A DNA stretch of 63,589 bases, filler included, from Folioceros fuciformis (lineage: Eukaryota): NCBI GenBank assembly GCA_049999805.1. It is 19 parts of 19 records of this genome, joined end to end, with 100 filler letters (N's around TTAATTAATTAA, not from the genome) between each part and the next. Parts side by side here need not be neighbours in the genome. Positions count along the whole stretch, not along the records: positions 1 to 2,654 come from JBNGIO010006648.1; positions 2,755 to 6,429 come from JBNGIO010006649.1; positions 6,530 to 10,074 come from JBNGIO010006650.1; positions 10,175 to 15,092 come from JBNGIO010006651.1; 15 more parts are not named here. One strand, given 5' to 3'. The first letter of the stretch is position 1; each line of letters opens with the position of its first letter. Made by a program: the position numbers and the translations under genes. The notes beneath the pieces are model-generated. The model searched no databases. It was not told the DNA's origin and saw only the letters and a list, made by a program, of their open reading frames with translations. Below, one piece after another: positions 1 through 11,091 of the stretch.

Positions 1-189
1 AAACACGAAAAAACAAGCTAGATCTATGTTGCGAAACCCAAAAAAAAAAAAAATCTAGTTCTTCTGGTTCTAAATTCGGCATGCCAGAAAAGGACTGACA
101 ACAAACACGAAAAGGCAAGGTAGGTCTACGTTGGGGAACAAGAAAAAAATTACAGATAACGGTGCTCCTGACCTCCCAAATTCTACATG

Positions 190-1600
190 ACTATTGTACA
201 ATTCTGCATTTTCTCATCACGCTCCAAGGTCTGAGAATTAGTTCCTTGCACGCTCTTCACAGGGATATCCCGGGCACAAACAGGAGGATCCTGAGAATAT
301 ATTCCTTCCATCAGCTTCCTCGGACCACAAATGGAAGTAAGATACAATCATAACGTACGCCATACACTGTCGGCCACCAAATTACTCCAGTGTAACAACC
401 TGTTTACCACGCCCGAAGACCTCCTGTGTGTCATCCGTCCACTAATGTGCCGTGGTATCGTTTCCCTTCAGCACCACAAGCAAAAAACTTGTTAGGCGTC
501 TATAAATCAGAGCTAGCAGATAGCCAGGAGGCCAGGATACTGAAATAATCAGGACGTCTACCTGCAGGGGGGAGGGCATCGGTGAGAACTAAACATTTCA
601 TCATCCAATCTATGGTGCGCACCACTTTCACAAATCTCTACGCACACTCCAAAACAGGAGGCGACAATCGATGCTCAGATGAGGAGTTCTGACAGACCTG
701 CGGCATTCATTCAGACCTCCGACACCCCTAGACCACCAGCAGGAGATGCTTCTCCGTTAACGCTCCCAACACCACAGCCTTCGACATCCCACTGCATCCG
801 CGTGATGCTTAGATGCCGCAGCGAAGCACAGCTGCAACAAATACGAGCAATGCATGCCACCCCTGCTGGTCGTTCAGTAAATTGAGTAATGTCAGGACCA
901 AATGCTTCTCCTTCTGGGTACCATAACTTATACAATCCAGCCCTGCGACCTCCAGGCAAATGCGGAACACCCGCAGCTCCTTAGAGCTCCGGCTCGTAGG
1001 ACTCATGGCTCCTTAATCCTCTCTGACCATGACCGAGTGGCTCCCACTTCCACCATTCTGCACGAGCCAGGCATACTTCCCACCACAACTTCTCACGCCC
1101 CACACATGCAACGGGGAGCCGTAAGAACCGGTCGTGAAAGACCAGGCTCATGTGACTGAGCGTACCAGGCATTCCGAGTACGTACGTACATAGTAGCTGC
1201 AGCTGTTCCCCTGTAACAGAAGTGGAAGTAGTTGCTGATGATAAACAAAGCGCACTGCGCCTTCGGTACCTAATGATGTCTTTTCCGTGACAGTCTGTCA
1301 TGGCGTCCACTGTCCCAATATGATTTTACCTGTTCAAGTTCCGTGTAGAAGTTTCAAACATTCCATCATGAGCTTTGTCCACTTGTACCCCTTCACTTGT
1401 ATGACAGGGGACAAGTTCCTAGGGAAGACGATGATGCTTGTGTGGAACAAGCTGGCTTTAATGCCCCTACACTGTCCTACACAGTGTCTACAAGGAAGTC
1501 TAGCCACTACACACCAGAGTGTTCGGCGCAACATCCCTCTCACTCCCCATCTGACAATCCGCATCTTTTGTGGAATGGTAAGAAGGCAACCGAGAGAATG
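190..1600 (-). pseudogene. Probable decayed F-box/LRR gene
   Basis: Fragments in alternating frames: F-box-like VVARLPCRHCVGQCRGI near 1500, and LRR-like KELRVFRICLEVAGLDCISYGTQKEKHLVL and GVACIARICCSCASLRHLSIT. Many stops and frameshifts; boundaries approximate. Confidence 0.35.
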
Positions 1601-1984
1601 AAGGACACCCGGGCATTCTCAACTCTGAAAAAGTTGTGGAAATAAGAAACTGAGCCCTAACGTACACAAGTACCAATCTTAGAGTATAGGTTTGTACAGT
1701 TAGTAGTACGAATGCTGTTGAAGCGAACACACGACTGTCAAAGCACCTCAGGGAATTGGAAGTGGAGAAACTGTCCTAACTAATATATGTGGCGAGAACC
1801 AACCTCGGTGTGTATGTACAGTTAGGGGGTAGCAATGCTGCTGAAGGAACTAGAAGACGAACTGTCAAAGCACCTCAGCGACACCGCAACCAAAGAATCA
1901 ACACTATCCGACGGGAATCTCATCGTACAAACTTCAATCGCTCACTTCATCACCGAGAGAGGTCCACCAAAGGATCTCCATTCT

Positions 1985-2654
1985 CTATGGAAAGGTGTTT
2001 TCGTCGAAGAAGAGACCATCAACAACCTTCTCGATAGCTGAATCCACCAGATTCTGGCAACCCTTGGACAGCAAAGAGGCAACATGCCCTTTAGCTCTCC
2101 ATGCAAAGGCAAAGCCAGCTGCAGATACGGTTGCAACACCGCAGAGGGCAGCTACTCCCAACAGCTTCTCGACATCGATACCCCTGAAGACACTGTTTCC
2201 CGTCAAAATTTCCACACCAATCGCGAGGAAGAAAGCCATCTGCAGCAGACATGCAATAATAAAGACTTAGTAAATAATTCAATGTCAATAGGTCACGTCC
2301 CAGCAGAACAAATATGATTCAGAAGTTTGAAGTCCACTCAAAGCGGCAAACGCCGACAACACGACAACTTGCACATGTCAACTCGCAAAACCTAGTGAAC
2401 AACAACAACTCACCATGGCAAGCCTTCCAGAGAGCGTTTCGAAATTCTTCACTTGCGCGGAGGCCTCAACGTTGGCAGCAAGAAGCTCATAAACCGACTT
2501 GGGATCAGGATTAGCCTTCACCACTCCCTCACCTCCACCAAAAGCCCTGAGAGTGCATAGCTTCGGCGGCAACAGCATGTCCTTGCTTCTCCCAGACGTC
2601 AAGCTAGGACTGGCCATCCGCAATTCCACATCTACGAACTCGACAAAGTCATCC
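1985..2654 (-). CDS. SEP2: Stress-enhanced protein 2 (LHC-like protein), 5'-truncated; exons <2654-2414 and 2239-1985
   Basis: LLPPKLCTLRAFG, the LHC motif NFETLSGRLAM|MAFFLAIGVEILTGNSVFR and C-terminal LVDSAIEKVVDGLFFD resemble plant SEP2. Phase-0 intron 2413-2240 has a GTGAGT donor and TGCAG acceptor. Confidence 0.88.
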
Positions 2655-2754
2655 NNNNNNNNNNNNNNNNNNNNNNNNNNNNNNNNNNNNNNNNNNNNTT
2701 AATTAATTAANNNNNNNNNNNNNNNNNNNNNNNNNNNNNNNNNNNNNNNNNNNN
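2655..2754. other. Artificial contig linker N44-TTAATTAATTAA-N44 (first of 18; others start near 6430, 10075, 15093, 21706, 22841, 26206, 27411, 29335, 32932, 35397, 38938, 42763, 48586, 52372, 56006, 59876, 61733)
   Basis: Identical 100-bp block with stop codons in all six frames, flanked by N runs. Confidence 0.98.
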
Positions 2755-4676
2755 CTAACCATCTTTTTTATCTTTTTTCTTTTTCTTCTCGTCTCTTCTC
2801 TTCTAACGCTATAAAGGTTTTGGACCAACCTGCTAGTGCGCCTAAGTGCACGCCGGGAGCCCACTATTGCGCACAAGTGTGCACTACCAGCCCACTAGCA
2901 CGATCCAAGTGTGCGTCGAGAGCCCACGGGCACGCGCGAGTCCATGCTAGGAATCGACCAGCAATTGCAAGCACTTTTACGCGCAAGGAGCTGGTTGATG
3001 CACCCAATTGTGTGCTAGTAGTCGATTGACGTGCCCAAGTACGCGACAGTAGCCAAATGGCACACATAAGCGCGCGCCAAGTGGCTCACATTGATCAAAA
3101 AATTCAAAACAATATAAGGAGGTCCTAGACGTGGGTCCCACGTTAAGGACCTCCTTCTCTCGGGGATGCTCATGTAGCCTTTAGTATTCTTCCCTCTTGT
3201 TTGGACCGGCGCCCTAGTAACGTCGCCGACACGTTGCCTCTCCTTTCGGGCCTTCTCTCTCAGCTGCGAAGTTTTGATGGTAGTCAAGTTAGGCCTGCAA
3301 GGACCTGCGCATGCAACGTTAGACATAATTTGGACTACTGCCAACAAAGGGGCACACGACGATAAGCTAGGCCAGCAAGGACTTGCAATGGTTGGAAGCA
3401 CGGTTCGAAGGTGTGCGCGGTTTTTGTCGTGCTTCAAGAGATCTTGCCTTTCAACATTTGAATATACATAACCCTAGACCATTTAAACTTATATATTTTA
3501 TATATATTTAGCATACATTCATGTATATATAGGGGGTGGCCAACCCCTATATCGATATACGCGTATATTCTTGCAACAGTGCACATAGATGCCTCCCCTT
3601 GAGTGGTTCCTCCCCATCGTGCACACCAAGGCTACCGGTCATCCTACCACTCTTTGGTGGTTTACTACACACGAGAGCGGCGAAAGGAGTAGCTTTCCTC
3701 TACTCCTCCTCCCTCGATGTGACATCATCACTTGACAAGTTTTAAGATGTCAGCTCGACGATGCTCTGTGTCACGCCATCGTAGCGTTTTCCAATGCAAT
3801 GACACGTACAAACGCAAATTTGTAACACATAAACTTTGATTCAATTGTTCAGTTCGCTACAAGCTTCTCAATTGCAATCGCACGTTCAAAGCACTTAGTG
3901 CATTCCCTTTTTCATCAAGCTTTCTAAGCGAACTATCAAAAGAATGTTCAATCATTCCTTCGTGATCACTATACCCCTACACCATCCCGTTACCAACCAC
4001 CTGGATGGTCATCCCTAAACCGTTATCAACTGTGCACAAAGGTAACCACCAAAAACCGTACTCTGTCCTCCAACTGTTCCTTCGTGAGAACTTTTCACCC
4101 GTTAATTGTCTCTTTAGCCAAAACGCAAGGGATTTACCCTTTCTACGCACAAATCTACCATGAATGAATAACTTATGTAGTCACGATCTGCACAGCAAGT
4201 TCACACATATGCAAAACTCCAACATACTTTCTAAGTCATGACATCTTCAACCAACATTGACGCTAGATTTTTAAACCAATCCAATTGACTCAAAAATAAT
4301 CTCGTAACCACTTTGATTTGTGGTAGGTAACATGTAATTAATGATCAGCGGTAGTTATCGGTGATTGGGTGTCAATTTCTATGTTATGTTTGAGGCTGTT
4401 GGGCGCTGCTGAACGCGTTGCACATAGTTCGGCTATTGCTACGTCACAAAATGTGGTCTACAAAAGCATGGCGGGCACCCTACTGGCCAAATGGAGCGCA
4501 AATGGAAATATTGGACGAAACTACTAAAAACACCAAATGGTTAACATGGGTCGAAGCTATCGAGTAGAACATCGAGGTGCCTTGGTTTATCAAGCCTATA
4601 TATGTGAGTAGGCACCTTGGAGTTTCTCAATGTCATTGCTCTCATACTTACATCATTGTTAGTATATCGGACATTT

Positions 4677-5771
4677 ATGATGGCACGAAATGCGCTCTTC
4701 TTGCTCATGTTGCTTTTTGCGGTCATACCTAGCCCTACGTGTGTGATGTCTAGAGAGTTGGTGGCAAAAGATGTCCCTCGTGGAAGTGCTTCCACGAATC
4801 TAGCTTCTCAAGCTTATGAAGTCGTGGATTTGGCTGGCGTGTTTGAGGATTGGATATTGGAACATGGACGGGTTTATGGAGGACTTGAAGAGAAGGTGCT
4901 TCGCTTTGAAATCTTCAAGGAAACGTACAAGTACATCCAAGAGCGCAATAAGGAGGTGACGTTTACATTGGGCTTGAACCAATTTTCGGATTTGACATAT
5001 GAAGAATTCAAAAGCAACTTTTTTGCTAAAAGAGTTCCAAGTTTCAATCAGAGCACAACTGCGCCTACTAGTTCAAGTTCAAAGATTAGTGCCAAACAGC
5101 TTGAAGATGTGCCCTTATCCTTTGATTGGAGAGAGCAGGCAAATATAATCGGACCAATAAAGACTCAAGGTGGGTGCGGTGATTGTTGGACATTTGTTGC
5201 AACGGCACTTGCAGAAACCCAACATGCAATAGACGGCGCGGGATTGGTCTCCCTATCAGAGCAAGAGATTTTGGATTGCAATGACTTTACCGCCGATTGT
5301 GATACTGGTGCTTATGTTGAACAAGCCGTTAACTTCATGGTTACTCACGGTAATGTTCTTGAACAAGATTATGCATACACAGCAAAGAAAGGAGTATGCC
5401 AAAGTAATAAGCTTGGTCTCATACCGATTGTACCGATTCGCAATTATGTACCTTTGCCTCCACGCGATGGAGGTGCATTACTTCAAGAGGTATTTGTCCA
5501 CCCAGTCGGGGTTGCAATATCATCTACTGGCCAAGACTTTAAGAATTACAAAAGTGGGGTTTTCATGGGCGGAGATTGCGATGGAACGTTGGATCACGCT
5601 GTGCTAGTTATTGGGTGGGGGACTGCAAGCAACATTGACTACTGGATATTGCGCAACCAATGGGGTCCAAGTTGGGGTGAAGGCGGCTACATGCGCATAG
5701 GACGAATAGCGAGTCTAGATGTTGGTGTGTGCGGTATGTACAGAGATATGGGATATTTGAATACCATATAG
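4677..5771 (+). CDS. Papain-like cysteine protease (C1A) with signal peptide and I29 prodomain, intronless
   Basis: Hydrophobic N-terminus MMARNALFLLMLLFAV; ERFNIN-like EEKVLRFEIFKETYKYIQERN; GLNQFSDLT; FDWRE; catalytic QGGCGDCW, DHAV and YWILRNQWG. First ATG at 4677; TATA-like CCTATATAT at ~4595. Confidence 0.93.
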   Translation: MMARNALFLLMLLFAVIPSPTCVMSRELVAKDVPRGSASTNLASQAYEVVDLAGVFEDWILEHGRVYGGLEEKVLRFEIFKETYKYIQERNKEVTFTLGLNQFSDLTYEEFKSNFFAKRVPSFNQSTTAPTSSSSKISAKQLEDVPLSFDWREQANIIGPIKTQGGCGDCWTFVATALAETQHAIDGAGLVSLSEQEILDCNDFTADCDTGAYVEQAVNFMVTHGNVLEQDYAYTAKKGVCQSNKLGLIPIVPIRNYVPLPPRDGGALLQEVFVHPVGVAISSTGQDFKNYKSGVFMGGDCDGTLDHAVLVIGWGTASNIDYWILRNQWGPSWGEGGYMRIGRIASLDVGVCGMYRDMGYLNTI

Positions 5772-6529
5772 AAAGAACAACGTTTAGAATTTGAAGTTGT
5801 GATAAACTCTTGTTGTGCTTCCCAATTGGGTAATTTGTTGGTGTGAGAGTTCTATTTCTCGATCTTTGTGATGTCAGTTGATTTGAGTCTATTCTATTAA
5901 TGTGACTTTGTTGTATTCCACTATGAAATGTTCGTGTCCACAAATAGTTGAAACAGCAGATGGGAAGAAAGGGGTTCTAGCATATATCCCAACAATTTCT
6001 TGCTATTTTTGGATATTTTTGTATCATTTTACGTTGTTTTTATAGGTCCTTCGTCAAACGTCTTTTATTGGTTTCGAGGGAGAAAATTTCAATCCGATAT
6101 CAACGTCGTTAGCTGCAAACACTACACGTGATGTGAACGTGGAGAACTAGCTTATAGGATGAACACATATAGAGCTCCCAATTTACGGCAACTTCATAAA
6201 GCATGTTATGTTTTTGGCAAAAAGCTACGTCTTGTAAAATGTAGGGTAGCCTTTGTTGCATGGCACGCACAAGTTTGCATCACTTCTAGAAAGTGGTGCG
6301 AACTAGTGCGCACCAATTTTTCATGATATTGCCTTCAAGCTTACCATTGTACGTCGTTCACGTGAATGTTTCCTTTTATTTTATTTTATTTTCCATAAAT
6401 AGGGTTCTTACAAGTTCATGAGTGATACANNNNNNNNNNNNNNNNNNNNNNNNNNNNNNNNNNNNNNNNNNNNTTAATTAATTAANNNNNNNNNNNNNNN
6501 NNNNNNNNNNNNNNNNNNNNNNNNNNNNN

Positions 6530-6643
<114 letters not shown>

Positions 6644-7224
6644 TAGGCAAGTTTTGGAGGAATTTGGAGGGCATACGGAGCTTGGACCACAATTTAGGGA
6701 GGATCTCGCCCGTAATGTTGAGGTATGGTGGTGGAGTTAATGGTGGAGCTTCTCTCCAGTTGTGAGTCAGGGACTAGCGTTAGGGCAGCAGAAAGTGGGT
6801 GGAGCGCCGAGAAACATCTCTAGGGTTCTCTATTTGTGTTGGAAGAGTGTTCTCAGACAGCTGTATGGGGAGTTTTGGCGGAAATTCATGTCTGGCCTTG
6901 CCGTTTTTCAGATCAGCAGATTGTTCATGGTTGGGCTGGTTGAAGATGTGTTGGAATTTGTGACTACTTCTTTTGTCCTTTCCAATAGTNNNNNNNNNNN
7001 NNNNNNNNNNNNNNNNNNNNNNNNNNNNNNNNNNNNNNNNNNNNNNNNNNNNNNNNNNNNNNNNNNNNNNNNNNNNNNNNNNNNNNNNNTCAGAGACGCA
7101 CAACCTCTACAACCAGGCTCCGTGCAACTACCTTGACGCAAACACAAGCACCAGAATTTGACTCAATTTTCACTCGGTATCAGCTTCTTCTTCGTCCTCC
7201 CCTTCTACCTATCGTTTTCCTAGA

Positions 7225-8205
7225 TCACTCGAAGTCGTCGTTCGAATCATTGCCTGCGTAGTCATCTCTGCCTTCGCCATTTTCGGAACCTATCTCGTCT
7301 TCTGCATCTGCCTCATCGATAGCTTGCAAGTGACGACCCAGCTCCTCCTCCCATTCAGCTGATTCGTCAGAACTGTCTGAAAGAAGATCAACAGCCACGT
7401 TTGCGTGCAGTCGCTTGAGAGTGGTGCGCCTCCCAACTCCGTCATTTTCACACTCGAGACAAATAGGTTCACCTTCCTCTCTTCGAAGCATACGATCCAC
7501 GTTGACGTAAATCCCATGCTCAATCTGTAGACGGAAATGATGCCGCAGCCAAACGATTTCCGAATCCTCCAATACGTTGTAATGACTGCACTTGGTGCGT
7601 GTCTTCATTCCGTCTAGTAGCACCTCGTAGTTATCCGGGAGTTGCGCACAATCATCTGCTGAGGACGTGTTCGGATGTGCTGTCTTGACCTTGTCATAAG
7701 GCTCACTATACAGTTCCCGCATGAGACTCGACCTCGCCTTTGCATACTCGAAAGATAATTCGCTGTGTCGCTCATCGCCTACGGCCTTCGGTGAAGACGC
7801 AATCCGAGTCAGCTGTAGTGCTTGCCCTGTAAATATGTCCACGTTTCCTTGCTCTCTTTGCTTCCTAGCTTCCTCCTCAGCCTCCAAAGTTGCTTGACAA
7901 TCTTCCACAGTCAATCGTCTCGGATATTCCACACCTTGTGGCACGTCCTGAACTCGTTGTGGTCCAACCTCAATTGGTTGCGGATTTTTCCCTGCTATTG
8001 GGACTGAGCTTGAAGGACTTCCAACCTTTCCCACATCTCTCTTTTCCACCTGACCACCACCATCCCCCCAAGAAGAGAGCATTTCTAGCACCTCTTCAAT
8101 TGACATTAGTTGAGAGCCCCAAGAACTGCCAACATCTTCCCATTTCACAGGTTCCAATACTGTCTCAGCACAGTGAGCCCGCAAAGCCGAGAGCCTTTCC
8201 AGCAT
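7225..8205 (-). CDS. Hypothetical 326-aa protein, Cys/His cluster and acidic C-terminus; possibly TE-associated
   Basis: Long uninterrupted ORF containing TKCSHY...HG...PICLECE and a D/E-rich tail. No family recognised. Confidence 0.4.
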   Translation of the reverse strand: MLERLSALRAHCAETVLEPVKWEDVGSSWGSQLMSIEEVLEMLSSWGDGGGQVEKRDVGKVGSPSSSVPIAGKNPQPIEVGPQRVQDVPQGVEYPRRLTVEDCQATLEAEEEARKQREQGNVDIFTGQALQLTRIASSPKAVGDERHSELSFEYAKARSSLMRELYSEPYDKVKTAHPNTSSADDCAQLPDNYEVLLDGMKTRTKCSHYNVLEDSEIVWLRHHFRLQIEHGIYVNVDRMLRREEGEPICLECENDGVGRRTTLKRLHANVAVDLLSDSSDESAEWEEELGRHLQAIDEADAEDEIGSENGEGRDDYAGNDSNDDFE

Positions 8206-9204
8206 AACCTGATGTGCAGTCTTTGCCCTACTCTCACCCTGAGGTAGCCTCTTGGAAGGTGGAATGTCATTAGTTCATGTAAATTCATTCTGCAACAACA
8301 CCTACACTTCTCTAACGCCAATGTGCTTAACACCGAATCAGGCCTGTATGTAAGTACGTGTTCTCACCTGCAAATTCTGTTCCTCCATTGTGAGTGCAGC
8401 TGAAGGACCTGAGCTCTCTGAGCTCTCCAAATCTGGTTGCGCAATATTCTCCATCAATTCGCCTATGCCATGCATCCCATAAAATCTCCAAATTGCATCT
8501 AGAACATGGTAGGCAAAGGTTCTAAAACTAAAAGCAAAACACTATGTGACTCCAATCCACAAGACAAGCATGATGGTTGCTTACTTGAAGGTATCCAAAT
8601 TTCTCCTGACAAAAACATACACAAACACCAAAAGCTTTATTAGCGCACTAAGTAAAACTTTGCTAATATACTATGGAAAAAACCATCTCTATCTGCCTAT
8701 GCAAGTNNNNNNNNNNNNNNNNNNNNNNNNNNNNNNNNNNNNNNNNNNNNNNNNNNNNNNNNNNNNNNNNNNNNNNNNNNNNNNNNNNNNNNNNNNNNNN
8801 NNNNNNACAAATAGGCTTAGTAGGCTTGATGTTTCGATTTATGAATAATTACTATCGATAGAGTTTAAAAAATATGTACATATATTTTTCTTTGAACAAC
8901 TTTAGGACCTTTGCTGACAAAGAATGCCCTCATACTTTGTCCACTAAATATAAGCACACTAACAAAATTATAGTATTAAATTATACTAAATAATAATAAT
9001 AGTAATATCTAATTATATAGTTAGAAGCTATGTATCTATGCTATAGATACATAGTTTCTAGCTGGCCATTGAAATCTGCTGGCTATGTGCAAGGCAAAGT
9101 TTTTGAAGTCTTTTGCCAAGGTGGTTCATAGTAGAAAAAATAAGCTTAGCATACCTTGGCTAATACCATATACAAGATTGGCAAGAGAGGCAGTATCAAC
9201 AACT

Positions 9205-9395
9205 CTAGTGGTAAGTAGATCCTTTCTCCTCTCAAACCATGATGTCTAGCTTTTGGATGTTTCAGCTTCTAGTAGGTAGACCCTTTCTCCTCCGAGACCA
9301 TGATGGTTTAGTTGCTATTGGATGTTTTGGCTTCTATTCATAGCTATTCTAGTGGAAGGTAGACCCTTTCTCCTCCTTAGACCATGATGTTTTAA
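9205..9395. repeat. Three degenerate tandem copies (60-80 bp) with core GTAGAYCCTTTCTCCTC...ACCATGATG
   Basis: Core visible at ~9215, ~9276 and ~9359. Confidence 0.7.
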
Positions 9396-9806
9396 CTCCT
9401 CTTGGTAATCCTAATACTATTAACTATTAACCTATAGTGTTAACCTATCATGGTTTATGTCTTTAGAGGTAGATGGTTTTTCCATCTTATTGTTAATATA
9501 GATTTAAAAATTTAAAAATGAAAACTTAGCTTTAGATTCTTAGCTTATAAGATGGGACCCTGCCATAGATGCATAGGTTTTAAGGTCAGACCAACCTATA
9601 GCTTTATTCAAATATGTACAGTACGAGCTCATAGATTTGCATAGTTTTTAAAAGCAGACCAGCCGAACCCTGCGGGAAGCGTAGATGTGTTTCCGAGAGA
9701 CTTGAAATTCCTAAACCTAACTTCTGTCTAGAAATGGCAATGTCGCCAGATGATGAGTCGTGAGTAGGTTGCTGGCGGCGAGGAGAGCGACGGGAGCGTT
9801 GCGGCT

Positions 9807-10074
9807 ATGGCAGCGGCACGATCTCCCGTGGAGTCTGTGCAGTGCTTCGGGCGGAAGAAAACGGCTGTGGCCGTTACCTATTGCAAGCGGGGTCGAGGCC
9901 TGATCAAGATCAATGGCTGCCCTATCGAGTTGGTAGAGCCTGAAATTCTCCGGTACAAGGCCTTCGAGCCTATATTGTTGCTGGGACGTCAGCGCTTTGC
10001 TGAGGTTGACATGAGGATCCGGGTGAGGGGCGGAGGGCACACCTCGCAAATTTACGCCATCCGGCAGAGCATCG
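9807..10074 (+). CDS. RPS16: Cytosolic 40S ribosomal protein S16 (uS9), 3'-truncated by contig end
   Basis: [30 protein letters not shown]...[19 protein letters not shown] is the canonical plant RPS16 sequence. Confidence 0.96.
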
Positions 10075-10186
10075 NNNNNNNNNNNNNNNNNNNNNNNNNN
10101 NNNNNNNNNNNNNNNNNNTTAATTAATTAANNNNNNNNNNNNNNNNNNNNNNNNNNNNNNNNNNNNNNNNNNNNTTATTAAAGCCC

Positions 10187-10276
10187 AATGTGCTTAGGCT
10201 AATGTGTTTAGTCTAAGATTAGTGTCTAGTTAATGTGCTTAGACTAATGTGTTTAGTCTAAGATTAGTGTCTAGTT
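10187..10276 (+). repeat. 45-bp tandem duplication within the LTR U3
   Basis: AATGTGCTTAGRCTAATGTGTTTAGTCTAAGATTAGTGTCTAGTT twice. Confidence 0.85.
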
Positions 10277-10566
10277 AAGTATCATTAGTTTAGATTAGCT
10301 TAAGCTAATCTGTAGGAAGCTTCTTGCGCAGCTTCCTGTGAGCTTCTTGTGAAGCTTCCTAGGGAGCTCTTCTAGAGGGTATAAATACCCCCTTGAGCTC
10401 CCTTGCCAACTACTCTCAATGTGACTTCGTTTTCTCCTCTCCTCTTTGCCTCCTCTTCTCCTCTCCTCCACCATGCTCCTCTAGTGATCCTACAAGTGGT
10501 ATCAGAGTAGGTTGTGGAGCACGTTGTGGAGCAAGACCATGAAGATTGGCCATCTAGGAGGGGGAG

Positions 10567-10800
10567 GGGCGCCACGCAAGCACCACCTGGGCGCCATCAA
10601 GGCGCCACGCGGGCGCGACTTGGGCGCCATNNNNNNNNNNNNNNNNNNNNNNNNNNNNNNNNNNNNNNNNNNNNNNNNNNNNNNNNNNNNNNNNNNNNNN
10701 NNNNNNNNNNNNNNNNNNNNNNNNNNNNNNGGGCGCCACCTGGGCGCCACCTGGGCACCACCTAGGCGCCACTTGGGCACCACCTAGGCACCACGTGGGT
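10567..10800 (+). repeat. GC-rich 11-bp minisatellite (GGGCGCCACCT) in the copia 5' leader, spanning a gap
   Basis: Repeated GGCGCCAC/GGCACCAC units on both sides of the N gap. Confidence 0.85.
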
Positions 10801-11091
10801 GCCCGTGACGCGCGAAACGAGCGTGCCAGTGAAGCGAGGACCCTATTGACGAGCGCCGGAAAGTGAACAAATCACAGACGCCGGGAGCGAGAGTGTGGGC
10901 GCCGTATTGACCCCGGCTGAGGAAGTCAGGATCTCGATCAGACATAGGAGGACATTTCTGTTATGAGCGACAGAGGCCCAAGTTGTGGACATACGATTCG
11001 GAAGAAGTTGTGAGGGTAACCTGTAGAATCTACATTTCATTTCGACCAATTTCAAACTAGCCTTTTGGTTGATTTGGATCGATTTTGAAGC

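Noticed and set aside
2655-2754. Recurrent TTAATTAATTAA motif as a biological site, and ORFs running through N blocks
   Set aside because: Artificial six-frame-stop linker; X-containing ORFs are artefacts.
4677-5771. Papain protease as the dedicated activator of the gasdermin-like protein
   Set aside because: Different contig with no overlap, so no linkage; it also carries a secretion signal.
9711-9721. Telo-box upstream of RPS16
   Set aside because: AAACCTAA is an imperfect match to AAACCCTAA; too weak to call.
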